Below, piece by piece: positions 20,120 to 29,641 of a stretch of 36,148 bases of DNA (positions are counted from its first letter, which is position 1; each line of letters starts with the position of its first letter). Origin of the DNA: an uncultured Bacilli bacterium (GTDB taxonomy: Bacteria > Bacillota_I > Bacilli_A > RF39 > UBA660); assembly GCA_947630585.1 (NCBI GenBank), contig CANRIE010000108.1, forward strand, positions 1-36,148, in the 5' to 3' direction. Under the pieces are notes generated by a model. The model was not told the DNA's origin. It did no database searches and saw only the letters and a list, made by a program, of their open reading frames with translations. A program made the translations under genes and the position numbers.

Positions 20120-20211
20120 ATTGCTTATGTAAAAAAACATTTTTTTTCTTTTTAAGTAGTAGTAAAACTAATAAAAAAATGTTAAAATAGCATCGAAAGG
20201 AGATAGATTAA

Positions 20212-20961
20212 ATGAAAAAAAATAAAATAATAAGAGTTTTAGGTATAATAGTTATGGTTTTATTGGTTGGAGTTGGCTGCGATAAAAACGATATAAACGA
20301 TATACTTAATAATATATATGATTCAGATAATAGTAATAGTGATTCAAATACGCAAAATACTAGTAATGATTTAGAAAAATTAAAAGAAATTTTGAAACAA
20401 GATGCCTTTGGAAATTTTGATCAAAGTGTTGAAAATTATTTTGAAGGATATTTGGGACCTATTGTTGACGTAATGGTAAAAAATAATTTTACAACTATAG
20501 AAACTTTAAAAGTTGAAGATTTAACTGAAGAAGATATTGCAGAAATAATTTGTTTAACTGTTGATTATAAAATGACAAGTATATATCCACATTATGAAGG
20601 GCAAGAAAAAATTAATTATCCAAAAAGTGATGTAGCTGAAATTGTTAAAAAATATTTTAATATTGATGATTATAGTTTTTCTAAATTTACAAATTCCAAA
20701 GAGTATGAATGGTCAGATAGTAGTATTAATTTAGAAACAGATGGAACACTTGTATGCACGAAAAGATATGCTTCTCAGACAATTGAAGTAACAGATGTTA
20801 CTTATAATCAAGATACTCAAAAAGTATTGGTAGATATTGATGCAATCAATCCTGGGCAAGCTGGTGCTTCTAATATAGATTTTGCTGGAACTATTGAATT
20901 AAAGTATAATGATGGTAACTTTAATGTTATTAGTTTAAATTTTGAAAATGTCACAAATTAA
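20212..20961 (+). CDS. Hypothetical lipoprotein
   Basis: MKKNK, hydrophobic stretch, then lipobox VGVG-C; N/S/D-rich linker; SD GAAAGGAG. Confidence 0.8.
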   Translation: MKKNKIIRVLGIIVMVLLVGVGCDKNDINDILNNIYDSDNSNSDSNTQNTSNDLEKLKEILKQDAFGNFDQSVENYFEGYLGPIVDVMVKNNFTTIETLKVEDLTEEDIAEIICLTVDYKMTSIYPHYEGQEKINYPKSDVAEIVKKYFNIDDYSFSKFTNSKEYEWSDSSINLETDGTLVCTKRYASQTIEVTDVTYNQDTQKVLVDIDAINPGQAGASNIDFAGTIELKYNDGNFNVISLNFENVTN

Positions 20962-20975
20962 AAATTTAATAATAT

Positions 20976-21015
20976 AAAAAAAATAACTATTGGATTAGTT
21001 TCTAATAGTTATTTT
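20976..21015. terminator. Bidirectional terminator between the lipoprotein gene and clpP
   Basis: AAAATAACTATTGGA...TCTAATAGTTATTTT. Confidence 0.75.
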
Positions 21016-21590
21016 CTTTTATCAAGGATTTTATCAATTAATCCATATTCTAAAGCTTCTTTACTATCCAAGAAATAATCACGTTCGGTGTCTTTAGTTA
21101 TTTCTTTAATACTTTTTCCGGTGTTTTCTGATAGAATGGTATTTAGTTTTTCTTTCAATTTCAAAATTCTTTCAGCGACAATCTTAATCTCGGTTGCTTG
21201 ACCTTGAACACCACCTAGGGGTTGATGAATCATAACTTCTGCATTCGGCAAGATATAACGTTTACCTTTTTTACCACAAGAAAGCAGGAAAGCTCCCATT
21301 GAGGCTGCCATTCCAATACAAATTGTTGAAACATCACTTTTAATAAAATTCATGGTATCCATAATAGCCATTCCTGCTGTAATCGAGCCACCTGGTGAAT
21401 TAATATATAAACTAATATCATCATGATTAATTGAATCTAAATACAAAAGTTCGGATACAATTATATTAGATAAATTATCATCAATTTCTCCACTTAATAA
21501 AATAATTCTATCTTTAAGTAATCTTGAAAAAATATCATAACTACGTTCTCCGTTAGTTTCTTTATCGACAATCACTGGTACTAAACTCAT
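21009..21590 (-). CDS. clpP: ATP-dependent Clp protease proteolytic subunit
   Basis: [25 protein letters not shown] (Ser), MIHQP (His), ERDYF (Asp). Confidence 0.98.
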   Translation of the reverse strand: MSLVPVIVDKETNGERSYDIFSRLLKDRIILLSGEIDDNLSNIIVSELLYLDSINHDDISLYINSPGGSITAGMAIMDTMNFIKSDVSTICIGMAASMGAFLLSCGKKGKRYILPNAEVMIHQPLGGVQGQATEIKIVAERILKLKEKLNTILSENTGKSIKEITKDTERDYFLDSKEALEYGLIDKILDKRK

Positions 21591-21806
21591 TTTATCACCT
21601 ATAACTAGGTTATGTAAGAAAGATAATTTTATACCTAAAAATGTAAATAGTATTGTATAAAAAAATTAAATAATTTATAATATTAAAACATTGTTAAAGA
21701 AGTAGTTAGTTGACATTATAGATAACAAATTTAATAAATCTAATTGATTTTTAATTTACTTCTTAAAAATTACATGATATACTTATAGTATGGTTGGAGG
21801 ATAGAT

Positions 21807-23462
21807 ATGTTAGAAAGTATAAAAGTGTGGGTATTTGATAAGGAAACAATAGTTAAGAAAGGAATAACTTTACTTGAACTTAGTAAAATGTATGATGAAT
21901 TATTTTTACATAAGATTATTGTTGCTAAGGTAGATTCTGAATATCATGAATTAAATGATACAATTAATAAGCCATGTCATATTGAGTTTTATGATTTATC
22001 ATCTAGTTTTGCTAATCGAGTTTATTTAAATGGATTAGTTTTCTTAGTTAATTATTGTTTTCAAGAATTATTTAAAAAGAAAGGTTACTTATTAACAAGA
22101 CATTCAGCTGATAAAGGATTGTATATTGAAGCAACTTGCAATTTAACAAGAGAAATGGTATATGATTTAGAGAATAAAATGAATGAAGTAGTTAGAGATA
22201 ATTTAAAAATTCATAAAGTAACAATTTTAAGAGATGATGCCATTGCTTATTTTAATGAAATAGGTGATTATAAAAAATCAGGATTACTTGGTTATATGAC
22301 TAATACGTATGTTAATTTATACAGAATGGGAAATAGTTACAACTATATGTTTAGTTTAATGCCAAGTGAGACATCATCTTTGAATGAATTTAAATTAACT
22401 TATTTAAATGAAGAGGGATTTATTTTAAGATATCCAACTCCTTATAGTGGGGCTGAAATACCAAGATATAAACATCATGCTAAGTTATTTGAAGTATTTA
22501 ATGATTCTAAAGATATGTGTCGTCTTATGAATTTAGAAACATCAGTTGATTTAAATAATATTATAACAACTGGGAAAATTGGTGATTTAATTAAAATAAC
22601 TGAAACTTTATATAGTAACCGACTTTTAAATATAGCTAAGAAGATTGCTAGTGATAAAAAAGTAAAAATTGTTCTAATAGCAGGACCATCTTCAAGTGGT
22701 AAAACAACAACAACTAAGAAATTATCAATGTATTTAAGAAGTTTTGGATTAAAACCAGAAGTAATTTCCATGGATGATTTCTTTGTCGAAAGAGATGATA
22801 CTCCAAAAAAAGCAAATGGAGAATACGACTTTGAATGTTTAGAAGCTGTTGATATTAAGTTATTTAATAATACAATGGATAAGTTGTTGAAGGGTGAAAG
22901 TGTTGTATTACCAGTATTTAATTTTGTAACTGGGAAAAAAGAATTTGATAAAGCTAATGAAATGCAACTTGATAAAAATGAAATTTTGTTAATTGAAGGT
23001 ATTCATTGTTTAAATCCAACAATTTTAGCAAATATTGATTCAGGAAGAAAGATGAAGATTTATTTATCGGCTTTAACGGAGATTAATATTGATAAGGATA
23101 ATCGGATTCCAACAACAGATAATAGATTAATTAGAAGAATTGTAAGAGATTATTATACAAGAGGTTATACACCTGAAGAGACTTTAGGATTATGGAGTAG
23201 TGTTCGCGAAGGGGAAGAAAAACATATATTCCCATTCCAAGATGAAGCAGATATTACTTTAAATACGGGGTTAGTTTATGAATTACCAGTTTTAAAAGTA
23301 TATGCTATGCCACTTCTTTATACTGTAAAACCCGATAGTCCTTATTATGAAGATGCTAAAAGACTTATTAGACTTTTAGATTTATTCTTGCCAGTTCCAA
23401 GTGAAGAAGTTCCTAACGATTCAATTTTAAGAGAATTTATTAGACATAGTTACTTTGATTAA
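21807..23462 (+). CDS. Nucleoside (uridine-type) kinase with N-terminal TGS/ThrRS-like domains
   Basis: IAGPSSSGKTT Walker A, SMDDFF, IEGIH, RLIRRIVRD..TRG, GEEKHIFPFQ. Confidence 0.85.
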   Translation: MLESIKVWVFDKETIVKKGITLLELSKMYDELFLHKIIVAKVDSEYHELNDTINKPCHIEFYDLSSSFANRVYLNGLVFLVNYCFQELFKKKGYLLTRHSADKGLYIEATCNLTREMVYDLENKMNEVVRDNLKIHKVTILRDDAIAYFNEIGDYKKSGLLGYMTNTYVNLYRMGNSYNYMFSLMPSETSSLNEFKLTYLNEEGFILRYPTPYSGAEIPRYKHHAKLFEVFNDSKDMCRLMNLETSVDLNNIITTGKIGDLIKITETLYSNRLLNIAKKIASDKKVKIVLIAGPSSSGKTTTTKKLSMYLRSFGLKPEVISMDDFFVERDDTPKKANGEYDFECLEAVDIKLFNNTMDKLLKGESVVLPVFNFVTGKKEFDKANEMQLDKNEILLIEGIHCLNPTILANIDSGRKMKIYLSALTEINIDKDNRIPTTDNRLIRRIVRDYYTRGYTPEETLGLWSSVREGEEKHIFPFQDEADITLNTGLVYELPVLKVYAMPLLYTVKPDSPYYEDAKRLIRLLDLFLPVPSEEVPNDSILREFIRHSYFD

Positions 23463-23506
23463 AATAAAAAATAATGGAGAAATTAATAAAGAAAGGAATG
23501 ATAAAA

Positions 23507-24514
23507 ATGAAAGTAGCCATTAATGGATTTGGTCGAATTGGTCGACTAGTTTATAGAATTATGAATGAGGAGTATCCTAATTTGGAGGTTGTTGCAATCA
23601 ATGATTTAACTGATGCAGAACAACTTGCTTATTTGTTAAAGTATGATACGAATCATAGAAATTACAGGATAAATGATATTTCATTTGATGATGAGAATAT
23701 TATTGTTGGAGATAAGAAGGTTCGAGTTTTAGCAGAGAAAGACCCTAGTTTATTACCTTGGAAAGATATGGGAGTTGATTTAGTATTTGAATGTACTGGT
23801 CATTTTACAAGTTATGATAAAGCTGTTGCTCATATTAAGGCAGGAGCAAAACATGTAATTGTATCAGCTCCATGTAAGGGCGATGTTAAAACTATCGTTT
23901 ATAATGTTAATAATGAAATTTTAACAGGAGATGAAGATGTTATATCAGCTGCAAGTTGTACAACTAATTGTCTTGCCCCAGTTTTAGATATTATAGAACG
24001 TGAATATGGAATAGAGTCTGGTTATATGACAACAGTTCATGCTTATACTAATGACCAAGTAACACTTGATGTTGCTCATAAAAAAGGAATTAATGCAAGA
24101 CGTGGTAGAGCTTGTGCAGCAAATATTGTCCCAACATCAACTGGGGCTGCATCAGCAATTGGCAATGTTATTCCAAGTTTGAAAGGAAAAATGCAAGGTA
24201 TTGCTTTAAGAGTACCAGTTCCAACTGGATCTGTTGTTGACTTAGTTTTAAAATTAAAGAAGAAAGTAAGTGTTGATGAAATAAATAAAACATTTGAGAG
24301 ACATCAAAATGAAACTATTAGAATTACTTCTGATCCAATTGTTTCAAGTGATGTTATTGGAAGTAGTTATGGAAGTGTCGTTGATGCTTTATCAACAGAT
24401 GTTTTAGAAACTGAAGATGGTGATTTGGTTAAAATTCTTGCTTGGTATGATAATGAAATGGGTTATTCATATCAAATGGTAAGAACTGCTAATTATTTTG
24501 CTAATAAAGATTAA
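23507..24514 (+). CDS. gap: Type I glyceraldehyde-3-phosphate dehydrogenase
   Basis: MKVAINGFGRIGR, ASCTTNCL, WYDNEMGY; SD GAAAGGA favours ATG 23507. Confidence 0.98.
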   Translation: MKVAINGFGRIGRLVYRIMNEEYPNLEVVAINDLTDAEQLAYLLKYDTNHRNYRINDISFDDENIIVGDKKVRVLAEKDPSLLPWKDMGVDLVFECTGHFTSYDKAVAHIKAGAKHVIVSAPCKGDVKTIVYNVNNEILTGDEDVISAASCTTNCLAPVLDIIEREYGIESGYMTTVHAYTNDQVTLDVAHKKGINARRGRACAANIVPTSTGAASAIGNVIPSLKGKMQGIALRVPVPTGSVVDLVLKLKKKVSVDEINKTFERHQNETIRITSDPIVSSDVIGSSYGSVVDALSTDVLETEDGDLVKILAWYDNEMGYSYQMVRTANYFANKD

Positions 24515-24535
24515 TGAAGAAAGGGTGTAGATAAA

Positions 24536-24970
24536 ATGGAGGGAATTTTGTATTTCATTAGAGACAAAATAAGTGGAACTCATTATTTTATCTATGCCTT
24601 TATTTGTTTTCTTTTCTTATTTGCAATTGTTGGATATTTATTTAAACAAAAATATGCTAAGATTGAGTTTAAATTAGGAACGGGTGGGCAACAAGCAGCT
24701 CCACCTACTAAAAAAGATTTAAAGAAAGCTTCCAAAAATGCTAAAAAGAAGGGGAAAAGCAAAGGTGGTACACCAGCTAATGCTCTACCAGTTAATAATC
24801 AACAACCTGTAGCATTACAGCCTCAAGTTAGTCAAACTCAGACTATTCAACAACCTCAAACGGGTGGTTTACAACAACCAACATCTTTACCTAATTTAAA
24901 TCAAACTACACCGAGCGTCCAAACCTCACCAACCCAAGCAAGTAATGGAATACCAGAAATTATTAAATAA
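24536..24970 (+). CDS. Hypothetical single-TM protein with a Lys-rich then Gln/Pro-rich tail
   Basis: Hydrophobic N-terminal helix; low-complexity tail; SD GAAAGGGTG. Confidence 0.7.
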   Translation: MEGILYFIRDKISGTHYFIYAFICFLFLFAIVGYLFKQKYAKIEFKLGTGGQQAAPPTKKDLKKASKNAKKKGKSKGGTPANALPVNNQQPVALQPQVSQTQTIQQPQTGGLQQPTSLPNLNQTTPSVQTSPTQASNGIPEIIK

Positions 24971-24973
24971 TTG

Positions 24974-24993
24974 AAGAGTCAATGACTCTTTTT
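24974..24993 (+). terminator. Intrinsic terminator of the kinase-gap-ORF unit
   Basis: AAGAGTC-AAT-GACTCTT followed by TTT. Confidence 0.75.
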
Positions 24994-24998
24994 AATTT

Positions 24999-25059
24999 TA
25001 TCCATCGTTATAGTGGATAAAAATTAAATTAAAAAAAATATCCCCAATTTTAGTGGATA
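24999..25059. repeat. Two 21-bp TATCC-N9-GTGGATA palindromes with starts 40 bp apart, related to 7778-7798
   Basis: TATCCATCGTTATAGTGGATA (24999-25019) and TATCCCCAATTTTAGTGGATA (25039-25059). Confidence 0.6.
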
Positions 25060-25140
25060 TTTATTATGAAATAAGTCAAAATATATTATTTAATTTCCTA
25101 TTGTCATAAGTAAATAATATTTTGCAATTTCGAATATAAT

Positions 25141-25719
25141 TTATCTAATTCTTCTTGATTGACTATCAGTTATTTCATCATTAGCATTAGCTTTAACTTG
25201 AGTTTGGCGTTTTTCAAGTTTTTCTCTCATTTCCTTTAATCTTTTTTCTACTTGTTCAAACGCTGCTAATTCCCTTTTTCTTGCTATTTCTTCTCGTTTA
25301 GCATCTTCTTTACATTTTTCATTATATTTTTCTTCAATTTGGTCTAAAATTTCTTGAACTCTAGGTGTAATTATTTCGCCATCATCCATTTTTATCTGTC
25401 TTTCGGCACCCTCTTCTAAAGCGGTTGTCATTTGAGCATCAGTTGCTTCAAGAAATTCCCCATTACCTATTTTCTTTTCAATTTCCCGTTTTCTTTCTAG
25501 TTCCTGTTCTAATTCCCGTTCTCTTAATTTTCTTTCTCTCCATATTTCAATAGCCGTTAAAGTATCTTGATCATAACTTAAAGAATAATTATCCATAAAA
25601 TCTCTTGGATTTGCAATTCCTAATTCGCGATAGCGTCTTTCAAATTCGTTTTCATACTTTGTATCTTGCTCAATATTTTTAGGACGTTCATAGTTTCCCA
25701 TTCTTTCAAATCTACTCAT
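25141..25719 (-). CDS. Hypothetical Glu/Arg/Lys-rich coiled-coil protein
   Basis: 192-aa ORF with highly charged helical composition; SD GAGGTG upstream. Confidence 0.7.
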   Translation of the reverse strand: MSRFERMGNYERPKNIEQDTKYENEFERRYRELGIANPRDFMDNYSLSYDQDTLTAIEIWRERKLRERELEQELERKREIEKKIGNGEFLEATDAQMTTALEEGAERQIKMDDGEIITPRVQEILDQIEEKYNEKCKEDAKREEIARKRELAAFEQVEKRLKEMREKLEKRQTQVKANANDEITDSQSRRIR

Positions 25720-25883
25720 AATTATTTATCGAGACATATCTCGATTTTCACCTCTTTCTCTAACTTATTAGTTTATATAAATATTGTAACATATATTCAA
25801 GAAAAATAAATTTGTTTTAAATAAATTTACATTATTTCTATACTAATTGACATAATTATTGTATAATTTAATTGGTGTTAGAT

Positions 25884-26261
25884 ATGAGTAATAAAAATTT
25901 TACGATTTTAAAAATCAGTTTTAACTACCTAGTTTTAGCTTTAATATTTAAGTTTATTGATTACTTATTAGGGATAAGTTTTAATACGTTAGCATCTTTT
26001 CTAATTGTTTCAATTATTATTGCTTATTTTGTTATTAAGTATTTAGTTTATGTTGAAATTGAAAAAGGTAATATAACAAGGAAGGATATTTTAATTTACT
26101 TTATGATCTATGCTACTATAATTAATTTTTTATTAGGACTTCATATCTTTTATACTATATCCTTAATAATATTTTTGTTCTTATTTAAAGATAAGAAAAC
26201 GAAAAAAGAAGATATAATTAAGAAAAATATAGAAGAGTATAGGAATAGGGAAATAAAATGA
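25884..26261 (+). CDS. Hypothetical membrane protein
   Basis: 3-4 hydrophobic segments; ATGA overlap with the next gene. Confidence 0.6.
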   Translation: MSNKNFTILKISFNYLVLALIFKFIDYLLGISFNTLASFLIVSIIIAYFVIKYLVYVEIEKGNITRKDILIYFMIYATIINFLLGLHIFYTISLIIFLFLFKDKKTKKEDIIKKNIEEYRNREIK

Positions 26262-26905
26262 AAAAGAAATATTTATTGTTAATAGGAATTATTTTAGTTA
26301 TTGGACTAATAATTTATTTATTGTTATATAGTTTAAATTATATCCCCCATAAAATGTATAGTAATAACGATTTTAATATTAAAACATATAAAAGTTTAGT
26401 TGATAAAGATTTAGATTCTATTGATGACCAAACTGATATTTTAAATAATGTTCGAGAATATATAAAAAAGAGACCTAAATATAAAAGTAAATATTATAGT
26501 ACAGGTTATCCCAATGATAATTATGGTGTATGTACTGATGTTGTTGCTTTTTCATTACTTGATGCTGGCTATGATTTAAGAGAATTAGTTAATCAAGATA
26601 TTCTTAATAATAGAGAAATGTATGATATAGATAAAGTTGATAAAAATATTGATTTTAGAAGAGTTAGAAATTTAAAAGTTTATTTTAAAAATAATGCTCT
26701 TAGTTTAACTAAGGATTTATCTAAAATAGAAGAATGGCAAGGTGGAGATATAGTGATATTTGAAAATCATATTGGAATAGTTTCCGATAAAAGAAATAAA
26801 GAGGGGATTCCATTTTTAATTCATCATGCCAATATTTATCAAAAGTATTATGAAGAAGATATTTTAAAAAGATATAAGATTGTTGGACATTACAGAATGA
26901 GTTAG
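26258..26905 (+). CDS. DUF1287 (YijF-like) protein
   Basis: GVCTDVV, DKNIDFRRVRNL, WQGGDIVIF..HIGIVSD, LIHH; N-terminal TM anchor. Confidence 0.85.
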   Translation: MKKKYLLLIGIILVIGLIIYLLLYSLNYIPHKMYSNNDFNIKTYKSLVDKDLDSIDDQTDILNNVREYIKKRPKYKSKYYSTGYPNDNYGVCTDVVAFSLLDAGYDLRELVNQDILNNREMYDIDKVDKNIDFRRVRNLKVYFKNNALSLTKDLSKIEEWQGGDIVIFENHIGIVSDKRNKEGIPFLIHHANIYQKYYEEDILKRYKIVGHYRMS

Positions 26906-27010
26906 AAAAGTGCACAACAATAACACAAAAAATTGCACAATAGAGTTGTAAAATCTGATAATTTATGGTATTTATATTGATGGTTATAATTTTAAAAGAA
27001 AGGGTAATTT

Positions 27011-27220
27011 ATGACTAAAAAAAATATATCGAAGTTTTTAAAAATATTAGCAATTATATTATTAATAGGTTTTATAGTATTTCTTATTTTTGATTATTTA
27101 AATTATAATCCTAATGAAACTTCATTTCCATTTTATACTTTTATAATTGCTAGAAGTTTAGAGTTTATATTGCCAAGTATTATCTTATTTATAGTAGCAA
27201 TAGTTTTAAAAAGGAAGTGA
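27011..27220 (+). CDS. Small two-TM hypothetical protein
   Basis: SD GAAAGGG; two hydrophobic helices. Confidence 0.65.
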   Translation: MTKKNISKFLKILAIILLIGFIVFLIFDYLNYNPNETSFPFYTFIIARSLEFILPSIILFIVAIVLKRK

Positions 27221-27224
27221 AAAT

Positions 27225-28379
27225 ATGGATTTTTGCTTAAGCAATGAGCATAGAAAATATATGGGATTAAAACCATTAAGTGAGAATAGTGAATTAGTTG
27301 TTGTAAAAAGTTCAAGGTCAGATGAAAAAGTATTTGTTTTTATGGAAGACAATAAGATTATAAAAATAATTAAACAAGGTATATCTTATGATTCTTTTCT
27401 TTATCAAGAAAGTGATTGTTCTTATGAAACAGACCCTGAAAGAACAATTATTTATCCTAAAACAAATCGAGGTAAACCTAAAAAGTTTAATTATTCAACT
27501 TTATATTATATTGATTGTGAAAATAATTATTTTTTCATGTATCAACATGATAAATTTAAAAGAGGGTATGTTATAATTGGTAATTATACTAATCAAAGAA
27601 CTTATTATGAAGATAATTTATTATCAGGAATTAATACAATAGAAAAGTTTTATGTTTGGTGTGATAATTTTGTTAAAGAATCAACTAATGAAGATTTAGA
27701 AGAAGTTCAAAAATTTGCTATTGAACCTCGACGTCATGTTAATTACAAAGAAGGAGATTATTTTAGAATTAAAATCGGAAGAAGATTATATACTTATGGT
27801 AGAATTTTGATGGATACTTATAAGAGAGTAAAAAAAGGTATGAAATATATGGGAGGTGGTATTGGAAGATGTTTAATTATTGAAACTTTTCATATTTTAA
27901 CATCAAGATGCGATGTAACTGTTGAAGAATTAAAAAAGTTAAAAGTTTTCCCATCTCAACATATATTTGATAATAATCTTTATTACGGAAGTTATGAAAT
28001 AATAGGCCACGAAGATTTAGAAGGAGACGTGAATTATCCAATTATGTATGGAACTTCATGTCGAGAAAAAATATATTTTCAACGAGGAGATCTTTATAAG
28101 GAAATAGATTATGAACCAGGAAAAGTTATTAAGAGGCCAATAAATGATAAATATTTTGCTTGTTTTGAAAATGGCGGAGTAGGTTTTAAATTAAATAATG
28201 ACCAAGAAACTATTAAGAAATGTATTGAAGAAAACTCTAATAAAAGTTATTGGGAAAAATATTATGGTATTGCATCGGGGGATTTACGTTCTCAAGAAAA
28301 TATTCCGTATTTAAAAGAAATATTGAAACAATTTGATTTAGAGTATTTATTAGATAATATTTCTAAATACAATTATTAA
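27225..28379 (+). CDS. Immunity 26 (Imm26)-type domain protein with an N-terminal extension
   Basis: LSNEHRKYMGL N-terminus; YKEGDYFRIKIGRRLYTYGRILMD and IFDNNLYYGSYEIIGH match the remembered family pattern. Confidence 0.6.
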   Translation: MDFCLSNEHRKYMGLKPLSENSELVVVKSSRSDEKVFVFMEDNKIIKIIKQGISYDSFLYQESDCSYETDPERTIIYPKTNRGKPKKFNYSTLYYIDCENNYFFMYQHDKFKRGYVIIGNYTNQRTYYEDNLLSGINTIEKFYVWCDNFVKESTNEDLEEVQKFAIEPRRHVNYKEGDYFRIKIGRRLYTYGRILMDTYKRVKKGMKYMGGGIGRCLIIETFHILTSRCDVTVEELKKLKVFPSQHIFDNNLYYGSYEIIGHEDLEGDVNYPIMYGTSCREKIYFQRGDLYKEIDYEPGKVIKRPINDKYFACFENGGVGFKLNNDQETIKKCIEENSNKSYWEKYYGIASGDLRSQENIPYLKEILKQFDLEYLLDNISKYNY

Positions 28380-28392
28380 GTTGAGTGATTTT

Positions 28393-29268
28393 ATGGTATT
28401 AATGGTAAGTGGTAGAACGGATATTGTTGCTTTTTATACGGAATGGTTCATGAATCGTTATAAAGAAGGATATGTCGATGTTAGAAATCCTTTTAATCCA
28501 AAACTTGTAAGTAGGATTAATTTTAGTAATGTTGATTTAATTATGTTTTGTACTAAAAATCCTTATCCGATTCTTAAATATTTAAAAGAGATTACTATAC
28601 CTATCTTATTTCATGTAACTTTAACTCCTTATAAAAAAGATATTGAACCGAATGTTATCGATAAAAGTAAAATAATTGAAGGTATAAAAGGATTATCTAA
28701 GATAGTTGGAATTGATAACTTATATATAAGATATGATCCTATTTTTATAAGTCCTAAATATAATCTTGATTATCATAAAAGGGCATTTAGTAAAATGTGT
28801 TCTTTATTAGATGGATATGTGAAACACATAATTGTTTCATTCCTAGATGATTATAAAAATGTAAGGAAAAATAAAAATATTTTAAATTATCAAGAATTGA
28901 GTGAATCCGATTACAAAGAAATAGGAGTTAGTTTTAGCAAGATAGCAAGGGATCATGGAATGACTATTCAAACTTGTTTTGAAGATAATAATTTAGCCCA
29001 ATATGGATTTATTAAGGGAGAATGTTTATCAAAAGAACTTGCTTATAAGTTAACGGGGAAAGTATTTAAAAAATGGAAAGCTAGAAATTGTGGTTGTGTT
29101 GAGATGGTTGATATAGGTGTATATAATTCTTGCAATCATTTATGTAAATATTGCTATGCTAATTATGATGAGGCGAAAGTTAAAAATAATATATTAAATC
29201 ATGACCCAAATTCATCTTTATTAGTTGGAAAATTAGAAAATGATGATATAATAAAAGAAAGAGTTTAA
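28393..29268 (+). CDS. DUF1848 domain protein (Fe-S, radical SAM-related)
   Basis: VSGRTDIVAFY, TKNP, RYDPI, CGC...DIG.YNSCNHLCKYCYAN. Confidence 0.9.
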   Translation: MVLMVSGRTDIVAFYTEWFMNRYKEGYVDVRNPFNPKLVSRINFSNVDLIMFCTKNPYPILKYLKEITIPILFHVTLTPYKKDIEPNVIDKSKIIEGIKGLSKIVGIDNLYIRYDPIFISPKYNLDYHKRAFSKMCSLLDGYVKHIIVSFLDDYKNVRKNKNILNYQELSESDYKEIGVSFSKIARDHGMTIQTCFEDNNLAQYGFIKGECLSKELAYKLTGKVFKKWKARNCGCVEMVDIGVYNSCNHLCKYCYANYDEAKVKNNILNHDPNSSLLVGKLENDDIIKERV

Positions 29269-29283
29269 ATGAAAGGATTAAAT

Positions 29284-29640
29284 ATGAATGAAATTAAATT
29301 GATTGTTAATAATCATGAATTAAAAGTTAAATTAGAAGACAATAAGGCAAGTAGGGAGTTTTATAAGATACTTGAAAATAGAGAGATTGAAGTGCATGCT
29401 CATGATTATGGAAAGTTCGAGAAAGTTGGGGATTTAGGTTTTACTCTACCAACAAGTGATACTAAAATTACTACGAAGCCAGGTGACATAATTCTTTATC
29501 ATGGAAATGAGATTACAGTTTATTATGATGAAAATACGTGGGAATTTACAAAACTTGGGGAAATAGAGGATATAACCCAAGATAAATTAAAAAGAATATT
29601 AGGGTGCGATGATGTTATGCTAACATTTAAAGGTAAATAA
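29284..29640 (+). CDS. Cyclophilin-like fold protein
   Basis: LEDNKASREF, DYGKFEKVGDLGFTLP, PGDIILYHGNEITVYY, FTKLG. Confidence 0.8.
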   Translation: MNEIKLIVNNHELKVKLEDNKASREFYKILENREIEVHAHDYGKFEKVGDLGFTLPTSDTKITTKPGDIILYHGNEITVYYDENTWEFTKLGEIEDITQDKLKRILGCDDVMLTFKGK

Positions 29641-29641
29641 T

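Noticed and set aside
22475-22771. 98-aa minus-strand ORF
   Set aside because: Antisense shadow of the kinase gene
24998-25060. oriC call from DnaA-box-like arms
   Set aside because: Only mismatched boxes, few copies, and no dnaA or dnaN nearby
26721-27576. Short ORFs 26721-26915(-), 27133-27315(-) and 27388-27576(+)
   Set aside because: They overlap better-supported genes and have no recognisable features
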